From Scyliorhinus canicula (Eukaryota): DNA of 64,000 bases. The notes beneath the pieces were generated by a model. It was not told where the DNA came from and did not search any database. It saw nothing but the letters and a program-made list of their open reading frames with translations. The DNA lies in assembly GCF_902713615.1 (NCBI RefSeq), contig NC_052158.1, positions 34,947,990 to 35,011,989 of the forward strand, written 5' to 3'. Of this stretch, positions 37,756 through 52,100 are shown piece by piece; within the stretch, counting starts at the first letter, position 1; the number at the start of each line of letters is the position of its first letter. A program made the position numbers and the translations under genes.

Positions 37756-40700
37756 GTAAGGGTTGGGGGAAAAGTGCCACCACTTGGGGGAAATCAGAAT
37801 AAAAAAACACCGTTAAATTTTGGGAAGGAGAGTGAGTGAAGAAAGGAGCCCCCCCCCCCCCCGCCCTCTCCACAACACATTGTATCTATACATAAACAGG
37901 CCATTCGGCCCTACAGTCCACACCTCCTCCCAATCCTACTCCAATCTCACATGTCCGGTTACTTTCTCCCTCACATATTTACCTGACTCATACAGGAACC
38001 GCAGCATTTCCAGGAGGGCGGCTCGCTGGGGGGGCAATTAGGGATGGGCAATATATGGTGCTCTATGAAGTCCCGAAAGACGGGTTGTTAGGTGAATTGG
38101 ACATTCTCAATTCTCCCTCTGTGTACTCGAACAGACGCCGGAATGTGACCACTAGGGGCTTTTCACAGTAACTTCCCTGCAGTGTTAATCATAGAATATA
38201 CAGTGCAGAAGGAGGCCATTCAGCCCCTCGAGTCTGCACCGGCTTTTGGAAAGAGCACCCTACCCAAGCCCACACTTCCACCCTATCCCCATAACCCAGT
38301 AACTCCACCTAACACGAAGGGCAATTTTGGACACGAGGGGCAATTTATCATGGCCAATCCACCTAACCTGCACATCTTTGGACTGTGGGAGGAAACTGGA
38401 GCACCCGGAGGAAATCCACGCACACACGGGGAGAACGTGCAGACTCCGCACAGACAGTGACCCAAGCCGGGAGTCGATCCTGGGACTCTGGAGCTGTGAA
38501 GCAATTGTGCTAACCACTATGCTACCGTGTGCCCATAATGTAAGCTACTTGTGACACTAATAAAGATTATTATTGTTGTTTTGAAAAGCAATCGCTCGAG
38601 GTAAACACAGAGAGGTTTGAGACAACTACTTGGGGAGTGATGGGTAAAGAATCCAGAGGCACAGCAAATGATACAGACACAATCTGTGGATCTTACTGCC
38701 TGGTAACTGGTTACGCGTCGGGGCTGTTTTTATTGTGATTGGTTTGCACGACGTTGCGTTTGTCCAGATCAGGAAGTTTGTTGAGAAGTTTACATGTTCA
38801 AGAGCTTGTTCAGCATGAGCGCCGTGGGGTTCTTTCGTCCACCTTCGGGTAAGGTTTCCCTTAGCTTCAACCCCAACGTGTGTGTGTATTGTTTGAGGGG
38901 ATGTTGCTGTTGACATGCAACCAGTAACAGCGACCTCGGAGCGATAGTGAGAGTGGGGCAGGCAGGCAGACAGAGCGAGACTGAGAAACTGACGTGCTCC
39001 ACACAGCCTCGGCCATTTCATCAATAACAGGAAACCACGGTAGCTCTCTACCTCTCTCACGGTAGCTCTCTACCTCTCTCACGGTAGCACAGTCTGGGAT
39101 ACAATGTAATTGACTGCATCGTGCATGAGTGTAATTGACTGCAAGCTGTCCCAGCCAACATTGACTTGTGCTGGGAGCATATGGGGATAACAGGACTGCC
39201 TCAAAAGCTTTTTTAAAAATAAAACAATCTTCGGCTGCGGCTGGCACGGGTTTTGTAAAGACCTGTTAAGACCGGAAGAAATAGAAGCTGGTGGAGGCCA
39301 TTCGGCCCCTCCAGCCTGCTATCCCATTCGGTAAATTCAGCATCGGCTGCCCTGATTGTGGCCTCAACTCCCTTTTGGTCACGGGCGGGCACTGTGGCAC
39401 AATGAGTGGCATGATGGTTAGCACTGCTGCCTCGCACCACCTGGGACCCGGGTTCGATTCCGGCCTCGGGTGACTGTGTGGAGTTTATACGTTCCCCCCG
39501 TGTCTCTGTGGGTTTCCTCCGGGTGCTCCGGTTTCCTCCCACAGTCCAAAGATGTGCAAGATGGGCAAGTTTGACCACGCTAAAATTGCCCTTGGTGTCC
39601 CAAACGTTAGATGGAGTTGCTGCGGGGGAGTGGGCCGAGGTAGGATGCTCTTTCGGCGGGTTGGTGCAGACCCGATGGGCCAAATGACCTCCTTCTGCAC
39701 CGTAGGGATTCTATGATTCTGACGGTCACCCCATAAGCTTTGATTTCCCCTTTTGTCAATGGAAAATCTACGGAACTCAGCCTTGAATTTATTCTGTGAC
39801 TGGGCAGCCTCTCTCTGGGGAGAGAATTCCAAATATTAACACCCCCCCCCATGAGAGAAGAAATTCCTCCTCATCTCCGCCTTGAATGGGAGATTCCTTA
39901 TTTGTAATCCTGCCCTCCCTTAGTTCTAAATTCTCCACCCACCACCCCATTTAGGGGTAACAGCCTCTCAGCATCCTACATGTCTTGATAAGATCACTTC
40001 TCATTCTTTTAAACTCTAATGAGTACAGGTCCACCCTTCCCTTGTCAGGCAAACCATTCATCCCAGGGATCATCCTTGAACACCTTCCAAAAGTATCAAT
40101 TTCCTTAATTACGAAGACCAAAGTGGTCCTTGGGCGGTCTTGTGGTGCAGTGGGATAGCGTCCTGCCTCTCTGAGCTGGAAGCTCCGGGTAGTCCCACCC
40201 CGAGGACTCAATGGCTAAAGGAAGGTTCATAACGCGGTCAAACAGGTTGAGTGTGTCAACCTGCAACAATCCTTCCAAACATGCCAATGGTTGGCGGCAA
40301 GGGAGTGAGGGGCTCCTAGCCAGCCATGCTTGATGTTGAGTGGCGCCCCCTCAATCTCGAAGACTCTGGCGACAGACCTGTTCTAGGAATAACTAGCGAT
40401 GTAGACGGATGAAAGTCTACCTTGGTTCATCACAAGGTGCAGTCTCGCCAATGCCCTGTGTGGTTGTAGCAAGACCTACTGACTTTTATTATCCCAGCAC
40501 ACTTTTCAATGAAGGCCATCATTCCATTTGCCTTCATAACGAATTGCTGTACATACATGCTAACGTTTTGTGATTCATGCACCAGGACGTCCGGATCCCT
40601 CTGTGCCCCAGCATACTACAGTCTTCATTTAAATATTATTCTTATTATTATTCTTCCGAGCAGAGTGGACATCCTCAATACTACAATCCCCAGACAGACC

Positions 40701-41028
40701 AATAATCTGTATAAAGAGATATGAGTTCCTCACTGGACAACATTCAAGATAACATGATGAGATGTTTGCATTTTAAGCCTTTTCTGTAACTCGCACACTA
40801 AAATCAATATACACTAAACAGTACTTATTAGGCAACTAATATACTAATTACCAAAAAAATGATTTCTCAGTAACTTCTTAACATAGCCAATAACCCCATG
40901 GTTTGTTCATACATTACACCATACTCTCATTGAAACATAGTCTTGTATGGAAAGCCCAAGGCTCCTCTGGTTCTAAGATCTGTTCTCTTGTCCTCGCCAC
41001 GGTGAATCTTCCAATGTCCTTTTAAACT

Positions 41029-41930
41029 GTTGCTCTCTTTTAATGGTTATAAATATGGCGATTAATAAGGGCACCTTTCTTAATCTTAATTATGAATGTG
41101 CTTTCAGAGTCGCCAGGTATCTCTTGATACCGCCACAAGGTTCAACCGAACACCGATCAAAAAGCCAATACACCAGTTAGTTAGTTCAAAGTCAATACTA
41201 CTTTATTTACACACAGTATGATTTACTCATGTACAATAACACTACAGGCTAAACTATGTCTATCACTAACACCTATACTTAACTTTGGGTGCCCACTTAA
41301 GTCAGAGGAACAGTGGCCATTGTGCGGATGCGAGGCTGTTGGGTTCGAAGCAGTAGCAGGAGTATAGCTCTGGTCGTCCGTCTGGTAGCGAGCATTGAGC
41401 TTGAACTTGCTTCTGGTGGTGCAGGTGGAGGGGTCTCTCCAGTTGAAAGCCGATTCCAAGAGAGTGAACACATGGCGGGGGTTCCTTCTTATACTCGGGG
41501 GGCTTCGCGCACTTTTAGGTGGGCCTTAAACTTGGTCCCAATCAATTGGGCAGCTTCTCGATCACCGCCATTGATCTGAGCCAATAAAGGGGTGGGTGCC
41601 TTGATGGCTGGGCGTGTCCTAAGTGGCCGTTGGCCTTGCTTTGTGTGCATCTTCTTGCTGAGGTAGTGGCGCCAGAATGTCTGGGACGGTATCGGCTACC
41701 TGAGCACTAGTCGTTTGTTCATCGGAGATGGGCCATCAATGTGCAAATCGGCTAAGAGTTTCGGTTCTGTTTGCAGTCTGTCTTCTAAATGCACATTCAG
41801 GCTCTGTGCCTGCTTGCTACTTTGCATTGTCCATTTTTCCCTGTATGCTCTGCGAGTGTCCATTTTATATGCTGGAAGTGGCCATCCCAGATGGCTACAA
41901 AACAAAAGTCCCTTCACGCGACTCCCATTG
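41029..41930. mobile_element. LTR-like interspersed repeat, second copy
   Basis: Colinear similarity to 570-1450; boundaries approximate. Confidence 0.5.
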
Positions 41931-44356
41931 CGAATAATCTAATGGACTTCCAGTGGCAAGGTACTCTCTGGTGATTTTCTTCCCAATCCTCGTTTCTTCG
42001 GATGGCAAGCCAGTCCTTTTCCTCTGCCTGGTAGTGCTGTACCTCTGGTGGGTCTTCACCTCTCCAGGTCTCTCACTCTGACTGAGACTCCTGCGTTTTC
42101 AAAGGAACAACTGTCCTTTGTGAGTGATTGAGTTGAAAGTTGCTCCTTATCTTCAATAATTTTTAACCTGGGCTCCTCTCCGCATGACAGCCAGATCACA
42201 CGCACTTGTTACCTTTGGCCATATTCCTCCTTGCCAAACTGCTTAATTTCATCTTGAACCAAAGGAGGCAGTTTGAAACATTACTTATTATACTTCACTT
42301 CACATGCCAAATCTTTGCTCACTCATTTTATCTGTCTACATCGCTTTGCAGATATTGTATCCTCACAATTTGCTTTCTTAACTGTCTTTGTATCATCAGC
42401 AGATCTGGCTACAATTCAGTCAGTCCCTTCATCCAATTCATTAACCCTTTAGTTCATAGTTGAATTTCAAATTTCAGGATTTTCAATGTTCAATGCAGAA
42501 AATAGTGTCAGCATCTGTAACACCTGGAAGGTATGTAATAGATGTGTTTTAAATAGAACTGTGTTTTTACCAAGACAAGCAACCAGGAAATTTAACCCAT
42601 AAATAATTGAGACCCCAGCAGTGATGCTTTTGGCAGTCCGCGAGCTACCGTTTGGTAAGCTGCAAATGAGTTGATGCCAACTCTCCCAGTTGGATAGCCA
42701 AACCCTATCCACACTAATATATCTGTTTTATATATCATCTGTTTTGTGATGTTCTTAGAAAGAGAACGGGGATGTTTAAGGTTCATGCTTGCGAGGGCTG
42801 ATGGGACCTCTGATTAATGCCACTCCCAGAAGACGGTACCTCCGATGGTTTGCACTCCCTCGGTACGGGTCTGGGAATGTTACCCGGGCCATTGTGCTCC
42901 AGGCCCTCGAATGGAACTCAAACCCACAGCCTTCGGATATTCATAGAATCAGAGAATTTATAGTGCAGAAGGAGGCCATTCAGCCCATCGAGTCTGAAAT
43001 GGCCCTTGGAAAGAGCACCCCACTTAAGCCCACGCTATTCCTGTAACCCCACTCCTTTGTAGACACCTAGGGGTATATCCCCATATCCCCGTAACTCAGT
43101 AACCCCACCGAACGGCGCTGCTACCTACAGGGCCATGGTTGGCATCTGGACTGGGCAGTGTCAGTGTGCATGCCTTCAGATGGCGTCAGTGACACACTCT
43201 CACTACCCCTACCCCCTCAATTCAGGAAGGCAGCTCACTTTCCCCCTCCCCCACTTCACATAGGTCACGTCAGCGTAGAGCAGAACCCCAAACCATCCTA
43301 TCCCAATGGGCAACCAGTTTTCCAATCAAGGTCATGTCCTGAATTCTTGCACGCGATCTGGGTGTCGCTGGCTGGGCCACAGCATTTCTCGCCCACCCTT
43401 AACTCCCTTCAACCGAGCTGCTTGCTCGGCCATTTCAGAGGGGCAATTAAGAACCAACCGCATCGCTGTGTGGGTCTAGAGTCCCATGTAGGCCAGACTA
43501 GGTAAGGATGGCAGATTTCCTTCCCTGAAGGACATTAGCGAACCAGGTGGGTTGTTACAACAATCGACAATGGTTTCTTGGTCATCATTAGACTTTTAAT
43601 TCCAGTTTTGTATTGATTTCAACTTCTGCCATCTATCATGGAAGGATTTGAATGTGGGTCCCTGGAGCATTACCCGGGTTCTCTGGATTACTGGTCCAGT
43701 TACAATACCATTACGTCCCGGCCTCCCCTCTGAGAACACAGCTTGTTAAATATATATATAATATTTATATATTTATATTTTTTCTTTCATTGGAATGTGG
43801 GGCGTTGCTGACTGGTCTGGCACTTGTTGCTCATCCCTAATTGCCCTTGAACATAGTGTCTCACTCAGCCGTTTGAGAGAGGGGTAGTCCAGAGTCAAGC
43901 ACATTTCTGTGGGTCTGCAGTTACATGTAGGCCAGACAGGGATAAGGGCAGCAGATTTCCCAACTGGGTTTTTGACAACAATCGATGCTAAATTACTGAG
44001 ACCGGCTTTATAATTCCAGATTTATTTGTTGAATTTAAATTGCACCAGCTGCCGTGATAGGATTTAATAATAATAATGGCTTATTATCACAAGTGGGCTT
44101 CAATGAAGTTACCGTGGAAAACCCCTCGTCGCCACATTCCGACGCCTGTTCGGGAATTGAACCTGCGCTGCTGGCCTTGTTCTGCATTGCAAGCCAGCGG
44201 TTTAGCCCAGTGAGCCCGTCCCCCAGAGTGTTAGCTTGGGGAGCCTCTGGATTACTGACCCGGTAATCTCGGTATTTTGTGTGTGTGAGCTCAGGTTCTG
44301 CGAGTCACGTGACGTCTATTATCAGCTGGATAGTGTCAATCTTCATGTTTTTACAG

Positions 44357-44464
44357 GGCGATTGTATCCCTCTGGAGTCTCCAGCTGGTCCAATCACGTG
44401 TGGGAGGTCTTGGCGGTGGGAGTAATCGCTGCCAGCGTGATCTCGTGGATAGCCTATCGGCAAA
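44357..44464 (+). CDS. Candidate 108-nt phase 1-1 transmembrane exon
   Basis: TTTTTACAG acceptor, GTAAGT donor; encodes RLYPSGVSSWSNHVWEVLAVGVIAASVISWIAYRQ. Confidence 0.45.
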
Positions 44465-46544
44465 GTAAGTACGGAAGCCAGGGCAGGTGGTGGTAAAGGG
44501 TGGTGGGGTGTGTGTCGAATTACACCGGCAGTTAAGATGAAGTAGGATTCCCACACAAACAGCTGGGTACGGTTGGAAAAAGGAAAAATGACTCACGTTT
44601 ACACAGCATTTTTCTCAACTTCAACACCTCTCCAAATACCGAAGCCAATGAAATACACTGGATGCACCGTCGTAACATAGGAGACACAGCAACCCATCTG
44701 TGCACAGAAAGTTCCCACAAACAGCAGTGTGATAACGGCGAGAAAATTAGTTTTTCGCAATATTTGATCTTTTTTCAATTTATTCATGGGATGTGGGTGC
44801 TGCTGTATAGGCCCAGCATTTACTGTCCATCCCTAGAGTACCCAATTATTTTTTTTGCCAATTAAGGGGCAATTTAGCATGGCCAATCCACCTAACCTGC
44901 ACATCTTTGGGTTGTGGGGGTGAAACACACGCAGACACGGGGAGAATGTGCAAACTCCACGCGGACAGTGACCGAGGGCTGGGATTTGAACCCGGGTCCT
45001 CAGCGCCTCAGTGCTAACCACTGTGCTACGTGCCGCCCTGATTGTCCATCCCTAACTGCCCCTCCAGAAGGTGGTGGCGATCTGTCCTCTTGAACCGCTG
45101 CAAGCCCTGAGGTGCAGGTATACCCACTGTACTGATCGGGAGGGAGCTCCAGGATTTGACCCAGCGACAGTGAAGGAGCGGTGGGTGAGTCAGCGGAGAA
45201 CTTCCAGGTGGTGGGGTTCCCATGTATCTACTGCCCTTGTCCTTATAGGTGGTAGCGGTCGTGGGCTTGGAAGGTGTTGCCTAAGGAGCCTTGGTGAGTT
45301 TCTGCAGTGCATCTTGTAGATGGTACACACGGCTGACAATTGTGTAACGGTGTGGAAGGAGTCAATGTTTGTGGAAGGGGTGCCAATCAAGTGGGCTGCT
45401 TTGTCCTGGATGGTATCGAGCTTCTTGAGCGTTGTTAGGGCTGCACTCATCCAGGCAAGTGGGGAGTATTCCATCACACTCCTGATGGTGGACAGGAGGT
45501 GAGTTTCTAGTCACAGAATTCCTAACCTCTGACCTGCCCTTGTAAGCCATTTATATGGTTGAGGGATAAATATTGGTCGGGTTATCAGGCAGGGTTTGCC
45601 AGTCTCTCTGTGAAGTAGTGGCTGTCAGATCCACCTGTCAGAGAGGGTAGACAGCACTTCGGTTTGATGTCTCAACAGAAAGACAGCACCCCACCCCCTC
45701 CCCCAACAGTGCAGCACTGGGCAGGTTAAGGGAAAATCAGGTTGTTCCTCTGACTCTTGGTGCTGAGCCTGTTGGGATATTTTCTAGACCTTTTGATTCT
45801 GTAACTTAAACTTCCAACAGTGCAGAAGGTGGCCATTCAGCCCATCAGGCCTGCACTGACCGTCTGTAAGAGCACCCCATCGAGGTCCACTCCCCCGCCC
45901 TGTCTCTGTAACCTCGCCTAACCTCCGCAACTTTGGCCAATATGGGGCAATTTAGCATGGCCAATCCACCCAATCTGCGCATCTTTGGACTGTGGAGGAA
46001 ACCGGAGCACCTGGAGGAAACCCACGCAGACACGGGGAGAACGTGTAAAATTCACACAGTCACCCGAGGCCAGAATTGAACCCGGGTCCCTGGAGCTGTG
46101 AGGCAGCAGTGCTAACCACTGTGCCAACTTACCGACCCATTCATTTGCACAGCGTAACTGAGTAATGCACGTGGTGACAGGGAGTGAGCGACATATCCTG
46201 AAATTATGGCTTGGGTTTCACCCCCAGAACCCAAAGATGTGCAGGGGAGGTGGATTGACCACGCTAAATTGCCCTCTAATTGGAAAAGATTAATTGGGTA
46301 CTCTAAATTTATATAAATAAAAACAACAGCTGCACCAGATGCGGCGCCTTGTCTCTTTGCTGTGTATGGGAGCCTACTGTGCACCAATTGGCGGCTCTCT
46401 CCTGCGTTACCATGGTGATTAGGCCGCATGAATACTCCCACAAAGGGCTGGAAGGGGAAGTTGGGAAAGGGGCTTTGGAAGTGCCAGCCTGTCGTTGGCC
46501 GCAGCACCGACAATCTCTCTCCCTCCACAAGATGTCCTCCAGAA

Positions 46545-46890
46545 GGCAGCATGGGAGCATTGTGGATAGCACAATTGCTTCACAGCTCCAGGGTCCCAGG
46601 TTCGATTCCGGCTTGGGTCACTGTCTGTGCGGAGTCTGCACATCCTCCCCGTGTGTGCGTGGGTTTCCTCCGGGTGCTCCAGTTTCCAGCCACAGTCCAA
46701 AGATGTGCGGGTTAGGTGGATTGGCCATGATAAATTGCCCTTAGTGTCCAAAATTGCCCTTGGTGTTGGGTGGGGTTACTGGGTTACGGGGATAGGGTGG
46801 AGGTGTTGACCTTGGGTAGGGTGCTCTTTCCAAGAGCTGGTGCAGACTCGATGGACCAAATGGCCTCCTTCTGCACTGTAAATTCTATGA
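46545..46890 (+). mobile_element. tRNA-derived SINE, full length
   Basis: GGCAGCA head, GGTTCGATTCC box B, TTCTATGA tail. Confidence 0.85.
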
Positions 46891-47144
46891 TAACTATGAA
46901 GATGAGGAAATCTGCCTGTCCTTCCCTGGTCTGGCCAACATGCGACTCCAGACCCCACACAGCGACTAACCCTCTCTGAAATGGCCAAGAGAACGAGGCA
47001 CCCCAACTCTGCCAGCAAAGGCCACGTGAAAAAATACGTGAAGCTGTTGAGGCTGGTGGCGAGGGAGGGAGGGAATCAATTGAAAATTTATAAATTTTGA
47101 CTTCCAGTTGCGGCTATGCGGAGCTAAGCCACACATTCGGCAGC

Positions 47145-47682
47145 TCCTGCTATTTAGGGACTTTTGGGCCGTTTCGAGGGCCCCAAACGGAGCTGTTTCT
47201 ACGCATCCCGGTGGGGGAAGGTGCCTGGAAGAACTTGCCCCACACTATATGGTGCTCACCTGGAGTGGGAAGAAGAAAAAGGCTGCAGTAACTCCCCCAA
47301 AAAAACGGGGGAAGAAAAACAAAATGGCGGCCGGCACTCCTGCTATTTAGGGACTTTTGGGCCGTTTTGAGGGCCCCAAACGGCGCTGTTTCTACACATC
47401 CTAGTGGGGGAAGGTGCCTGGAAGAACTTGCCCCACATTATCTGGTGAAAAAGGCTGCAGTAACGCCCCCAAAAAAACGGGTGAAAAAAAAACAAAATGG
47501 CGGCCGGCGCTCCCGCTATTTAAGGGCTTTTGGGCCGTTTTGAGGGCCCCAAACAGTGCTGTTGCTACATATCCCGGTGGGGGAAGGTGCCTGGAAGAAC
47601 TTGCCCCACACTATATGGTGAAAAAGGCTGCAGAAACGCCCCAAAAAAAACGTGGGAAGAAAAACAAAATGGCGGCCGGCGC
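47145..47682 (+). repeat. Three tandem L1 5' monomers (193, 173 and 172 bp), each with a YY1-type AAAATGGCGG
   Basis: Units start at 47145, 47338 and 47511; motifs at 47321, 47494 and 47666. Confidence 0.9.
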
Positions 47683-48439
47683 AACACCCGAGGACTGGTG
47701 GAAGTGGGCGCAGGAGCAACAGGCCTCGCTCCTACGTTGTTTTGCTGAGCTGAAGGCTGAGCTGCTGGACTCCATGAATGCAACTGCGACCAAGCTGCTT
47801 GGGACCCAGGCGGCACAGGAGGAGTCTATTCGGGAGTTGCAGCGGCAGGCCGTTGAAAGAGAGGAGGAGGCCGTGATCCTCGTTGGGAAAGTGGAGTTGC
47901 ACGAGGCACTTCATAAAAAGTGGCAGGACCGCTTGGAGGAGCTGGACGTTCGCACGAGGCGAAAGAATCTGAGGATCCTGGGCCTGGCGGAGGGGCTGGA
48001 GGGGTCGGATCTCCCGGCGTATGTGACCACGTTGTTGAGCTCGTTGATGGGAGCAGGGTCCTTCCATTTGCCCCTGGAGCTCGAGGGAGCGCACAGAGTG
48101 ATGGCCAGGAGGCCCAAGGCAGATGAGCCCCCGAGGGCGGTGCTGGTGCGGTTCCACCGATTCAGTGACCGGGAGTGTGTGCTGCGCTGGGCCAAGAAAG
48201 AGAGGAGCAGTAAATGGGAGAATTCGGTAGTGAGGATCTACCAGGACTGGAGTGCGGAAGTGGCTAAGCGGCGGGCCAGGTTCAACCGGACGAAGGCGGT
48301 GCTTCATGCTAAGCAGGTCAGGTTTGGAATGCTGCAGCCTGCGCGCCTGTGGGTGACATACAAGGACCGGCACCACTACTTCGAGTTCCCGGAGGAGGCG
48401 TGGGCCTTTGTACAGGCGGAGAAGCTGGACTTGAACTAG
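47615..48439 (+). CDS. L1 ORF1p (274 aa; coiled coil, RRM, CTD)
   Basis: RRKNLRILGLAEG, LEGAHR, IYQDWS and GMLQPARLWVTY motifs of L1 ORF1p; ATG at 47615. Confidence 0.9.
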   Translation: MVKKAAETPQKKRGKKNKMAAGATPEDWWKWAQEQQASLLRCFAELKAELLDSMNATATKLLGTQAAQEESIRELQRQAVEREEEAVILVGKVELHEALHKKWQDRLEELDVRTRRKNLRILGLAEGLEGSDLPAYVTTLLSSLMGAGSFHLPLELEGAHRVMARRPKADEPPRAVLVRFHRFSDRECVLRWAKKERSSKWENSVVRIYQDWSAEVAKRRARFNRTKAVLHAKQVRFGMLQPARLWVTYKDRHHYFEFPEEAWAFVQAEKLDLN

Positions 48440-49106
48440 GGCCTGGGAACATACGTTGGCCAGCGTTGTTTCCGCTGTGGCTGTTTTGTTCCAACTGTTT
48501 CAACTTTTTCAACTTCGAAATGTGTGTTATGTATGCTGGTTTTCTTTTTGCTCTGTTTACGGGTGGGTTTGTCTGTTGGGTATGGTTGTGGGGTAGGTGG
48601 GGAGTGTTGGGGGTTTGTGTTCTATATGTTCTCTTCTGTACGGGGCTGGGGATTGAGGGGAAACTGGATTTTGGGGAACTGCGTCAGAAGGGTGGGGTGT
48701 GGCAGTATGAAAGCGCGGGCTTTCCTCTGGTTTCCCGCGCTGCGGGGCAAGGGGGTGGAGCTTGCGATGGGGGAAGGGCCTCTACGGGTCTTTTTTCCTG
48801 CGCTGCAATAATGCCAAGGAGGTGTGGCAAGAGGGGGATGACCCCAAGCCGGGAGGGGATAGGTTTTGGCGGGAGCTGCCGGGGTCAGCAGAAGTCAGCT
48901 GACTCACGGAAGTACCATGGAGGGTGCGTCGCGGCTAGGAGGGGTCCTAGCCTGGGGGGGGGAGGGGGGTGGGGGGGGATACCGGGTTGCTGCTGGAATG
49001 ACTAGGAAGGAGCCGATGAGGGCCGGGGGGGAAGAGGAGAGGCGCTATCGCCATGGGGAACGGGTCGAGCGGGGTATGCTGGCCTGGGGCGAACATCTGC
49101 CAAGCT

Positions 49107-52100
49107 ATGGCTAGTCGGCAGGGGAGGGGGGCGGGTTGCCCTCTGATCCGGCTGATTACCTGGAACGTGAGGGGGCTGAACGGGCCGGTTAAGAGAACCA
49201 GGGTGGTCTCCCATCTAAGGGGGTTGAAGGCGGACGTGGCTATGCTCCAGGAGACCCACCTGAAGGTGGCGGACCAAGTCCGTCTGAGGAAGGGGTGGGT
49301 GGGGCAGGTTTATCATTCAGGATTGGACACAAAGAACCGGGGGGTGGCGATTCTAGTGGGGAAGAGGGTGGCGTTTGAGGCGGCTGAGGTGGTGTCGGAC
49401 AAGGAGGGCAGATATATCATGGTGAGGGGTAGGCTGCAGGGAGAGAAGGTGGTGCTGGTGAACGTATATGCCCCGAATTGGGATGATGCTGGCTTCATGA
49501 GGCGCTTGTTGGGCCGCGTCCCGGACCTGGAGGCAGGGGGCCTGATCATGGGGGGAGATTTTAACACAGTGCTGGATCCCACACTGGACCGGTCCAGTTC
49601 AAGGACGGGTAGGAGACCGGCGGCGGCCAAAGTGCTGAGGGGATACATGGACCAGATGGGAGGGGTGGATCCCTGGAGGTTTGGGAGACCGAGAGCGCGG
49701 GAGTATTCCTTTTTCTCTCACGTCCATAGGGTTTATTCCCGGATAGACTTTTTTGTCCTGAGCAGGGGGTTGATCCCGAGGGTGCAGGATGCCGAGTATT
49801 CGGCCATAGCGATTTCAGACCATGCCCCGCACTGGATTGATCTGGAGATGGGGGAGGCACGGGACCAGCGCCCGCTCTGGCGCCTGGATGTGGGGATGCT
49901 GGCGGAGGAGGAGGTGTGTAAGAGGGTTCGGAGAAGCATTGAGGGGTATCTGGTTACCAATGATACGGGGGAGGTCCAGGTGGGGATGGTCTGGGAGGCT
50001 CTGAAAGCAGTGATCCGGGGGGAGCTGATCTCCATCCGGGCCCACAGGGAAAGGAGGGAGAGGAAGGAGAGGGAGAGACTGGTGGGAGAGCTTCTGGAGG
50101 TGGACAGGAGATATGCGGAGGCACCGGAGGAAGGGTTGCTGGGAGAACGGCGCAGGTTGCAGGCCAATTTTGACTTGTTGACCACCAGAAAGGCGGAGAC
50201 ACAGTGGAGGAGGGCGCAGGGTGCGGTATATGAGTATGGAGAGAAGGCGAGCAGGATGTTGGCGCATCAGCTCCGTAGGCGAGATGCGGCTAGGGAAATT
50301 GGGGGAGTGAAGGATGGGGGTGGAAATGTAGTGCAGAAGGGGACAGAAGTAAACGGGGTCTTTAGGGACTTTTACGAGGGATTGTACCGGTCGGAACCTC
50401 CGAGGGGGAGAGAGGGGATGGAGAGCTTCATGAACAGGCTATGTTTCCCAAGGGTTCAAGAGAGGCTGGTTGAGGGGCTGGGGGCGCCGATAGAGTTGGA
50501 GGAGCTAGTCAGGGGGATCGGGCAAATGCAGTCAGGTAAGGCCCCGGGGCCGGACGGGTTCCCGGCAGAATTTTACAAAATATATGCGGACCTGGTGGGT
50601 CCCCTGCTGGTGCGAACTTTCAATGAGGCGTGGGAGGGGGGGGCTTTGCCCCCGACGATGTCGCGGGCACTGATCTCTTTGATCCTAAAACGGGATAAGG
50701 ACCCCTTGCAGTGCGGATCATATAGGCCTATTTCACTCCTTAACGTAGACGCTAAGTTGCTGGCGAAGATCCTGGCTACCAGGATAGAGGATTGTGTGCC
50801 AGAGGTAATTCATGAAGATCAGACAGGGTTTGTCAAGGGGCGGCAGCTCAACACGAATGTGCGGAGACTGCTCAATGTTATCATGATGCCGGCAGTGGAG
50901 GGGGAGGCGGAGATAGTGGTGGCGCTGGATGCAGAGAAGGCGTTTGATAGAGTTGAGTGGGGGTACCTATGGGAGGTGCTGGAGAGGTTTGGATTTGGGG
51001 AGGGATTCATCAAATGGGTGAGGCTGCTTTACGCGGCGCCGATGGCGAGTGTAGTCACAAATGGAAGGAGATCGGAGTATTTTAGGCTTTATCGTGGGAC
51101 CAGGCAGGGGTGTCCCCTGTCCCCCCTGCTCTTTGCACTGGCGATTGAACCGCTGGCCATGGCGTTGAGGGAGTCAGGGAAGTGGAGGGGTCTGGTGCGG
51201 GGGGGGGAGGAGCACCGGGTATCGCTGTATGCAGACGACCTGCTGTTATATGTGGCGGACCCAGAGGGGGGAATGCCGGGGGTGATGGAACTGTTAGCGG
51301 AATTTGGGGGCTTCTCGGGCTATAAGCTGAACTTAGGAAAGAGCGAGGTATTTGTAGTGCACCCGGGAGATCAGGAGGAGGGAATTGGGAGGCTCCCCTT
51401 CAGGAGGGCAGTGAAGAGTTTCAGGTACCTGGGGGTGCAGGTGGCCAGGAGTTGGGGGGCTCTTCATAAGCTTAACTTCACCAGACTAGTGGAACAGATG
51501 GAGGAGGAATTTAAAAGGTGGGACATGGTGCCGCTATCGCTGGCGGGCAGAGTGCAATCCGTCAAAATGACGGTTCTCCCGAGGTTCTTGTTCCTCTTCC
51601 AGTGCTTGCCCATCTTTATCCCTAGGGCCTTTTTTAAAAGGGTGACCAGCAGCATCATGGGATTTGTTTGGGCGCATGGCACCCCGAGGGTGAAGAGGGT
51701 CTTCTTGGAGCGGAGTAGGGATGGGGGGGGGCTGGCGTTGCCCAACCTCTCGGGGTATTACTGGGCGGCCAACGTGTCGATGGTGCGTAAGTGGGTGATG
51801 GAGGAGGAGGGGGCAGCATGGAAACGGATGGAGAGAGCGTCCTGTGGGGATACAAGCCTGGGGGCCCTGGTAACGGCGCCGTGGCCGCTCCCTCCCACGA
51901 GGTATACCACGAGTCCGGTGGTGGCGGCTACCCTCAAGATTTGGGGGCAGTGGAGGCGACATAGGGGAGAAGTGGGGGGCTCGATGGAGGCTCCGTTAAG
52001 GGGGAACCATAGGTTCGTCCCGGGGAACATGGATGGGGGATTTCGGGGATGGTATAGAGCGGGCATTAGACAGCTGAAGGACCTGTTTATCGACGGAAGG

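Noticed and set aside
41940-42290. Minus-strand coding-like peptide FKLPPLVQDEIKQFGKEEYGQ
   Set aside because: No acceptor, stops nearby, no recognised homology; probably an old LINE remnant.
38729-46460. Minus-strand splice-bounded segments (~38790-38934 with AATAAA at 38729-38734, ~44598-44698, ~46128-46192, ~46412-46448)
   Set aside because: The phases do not chain into a recognisable protein; they may be chance sites or non-coding exons. RNA-seq is needed.
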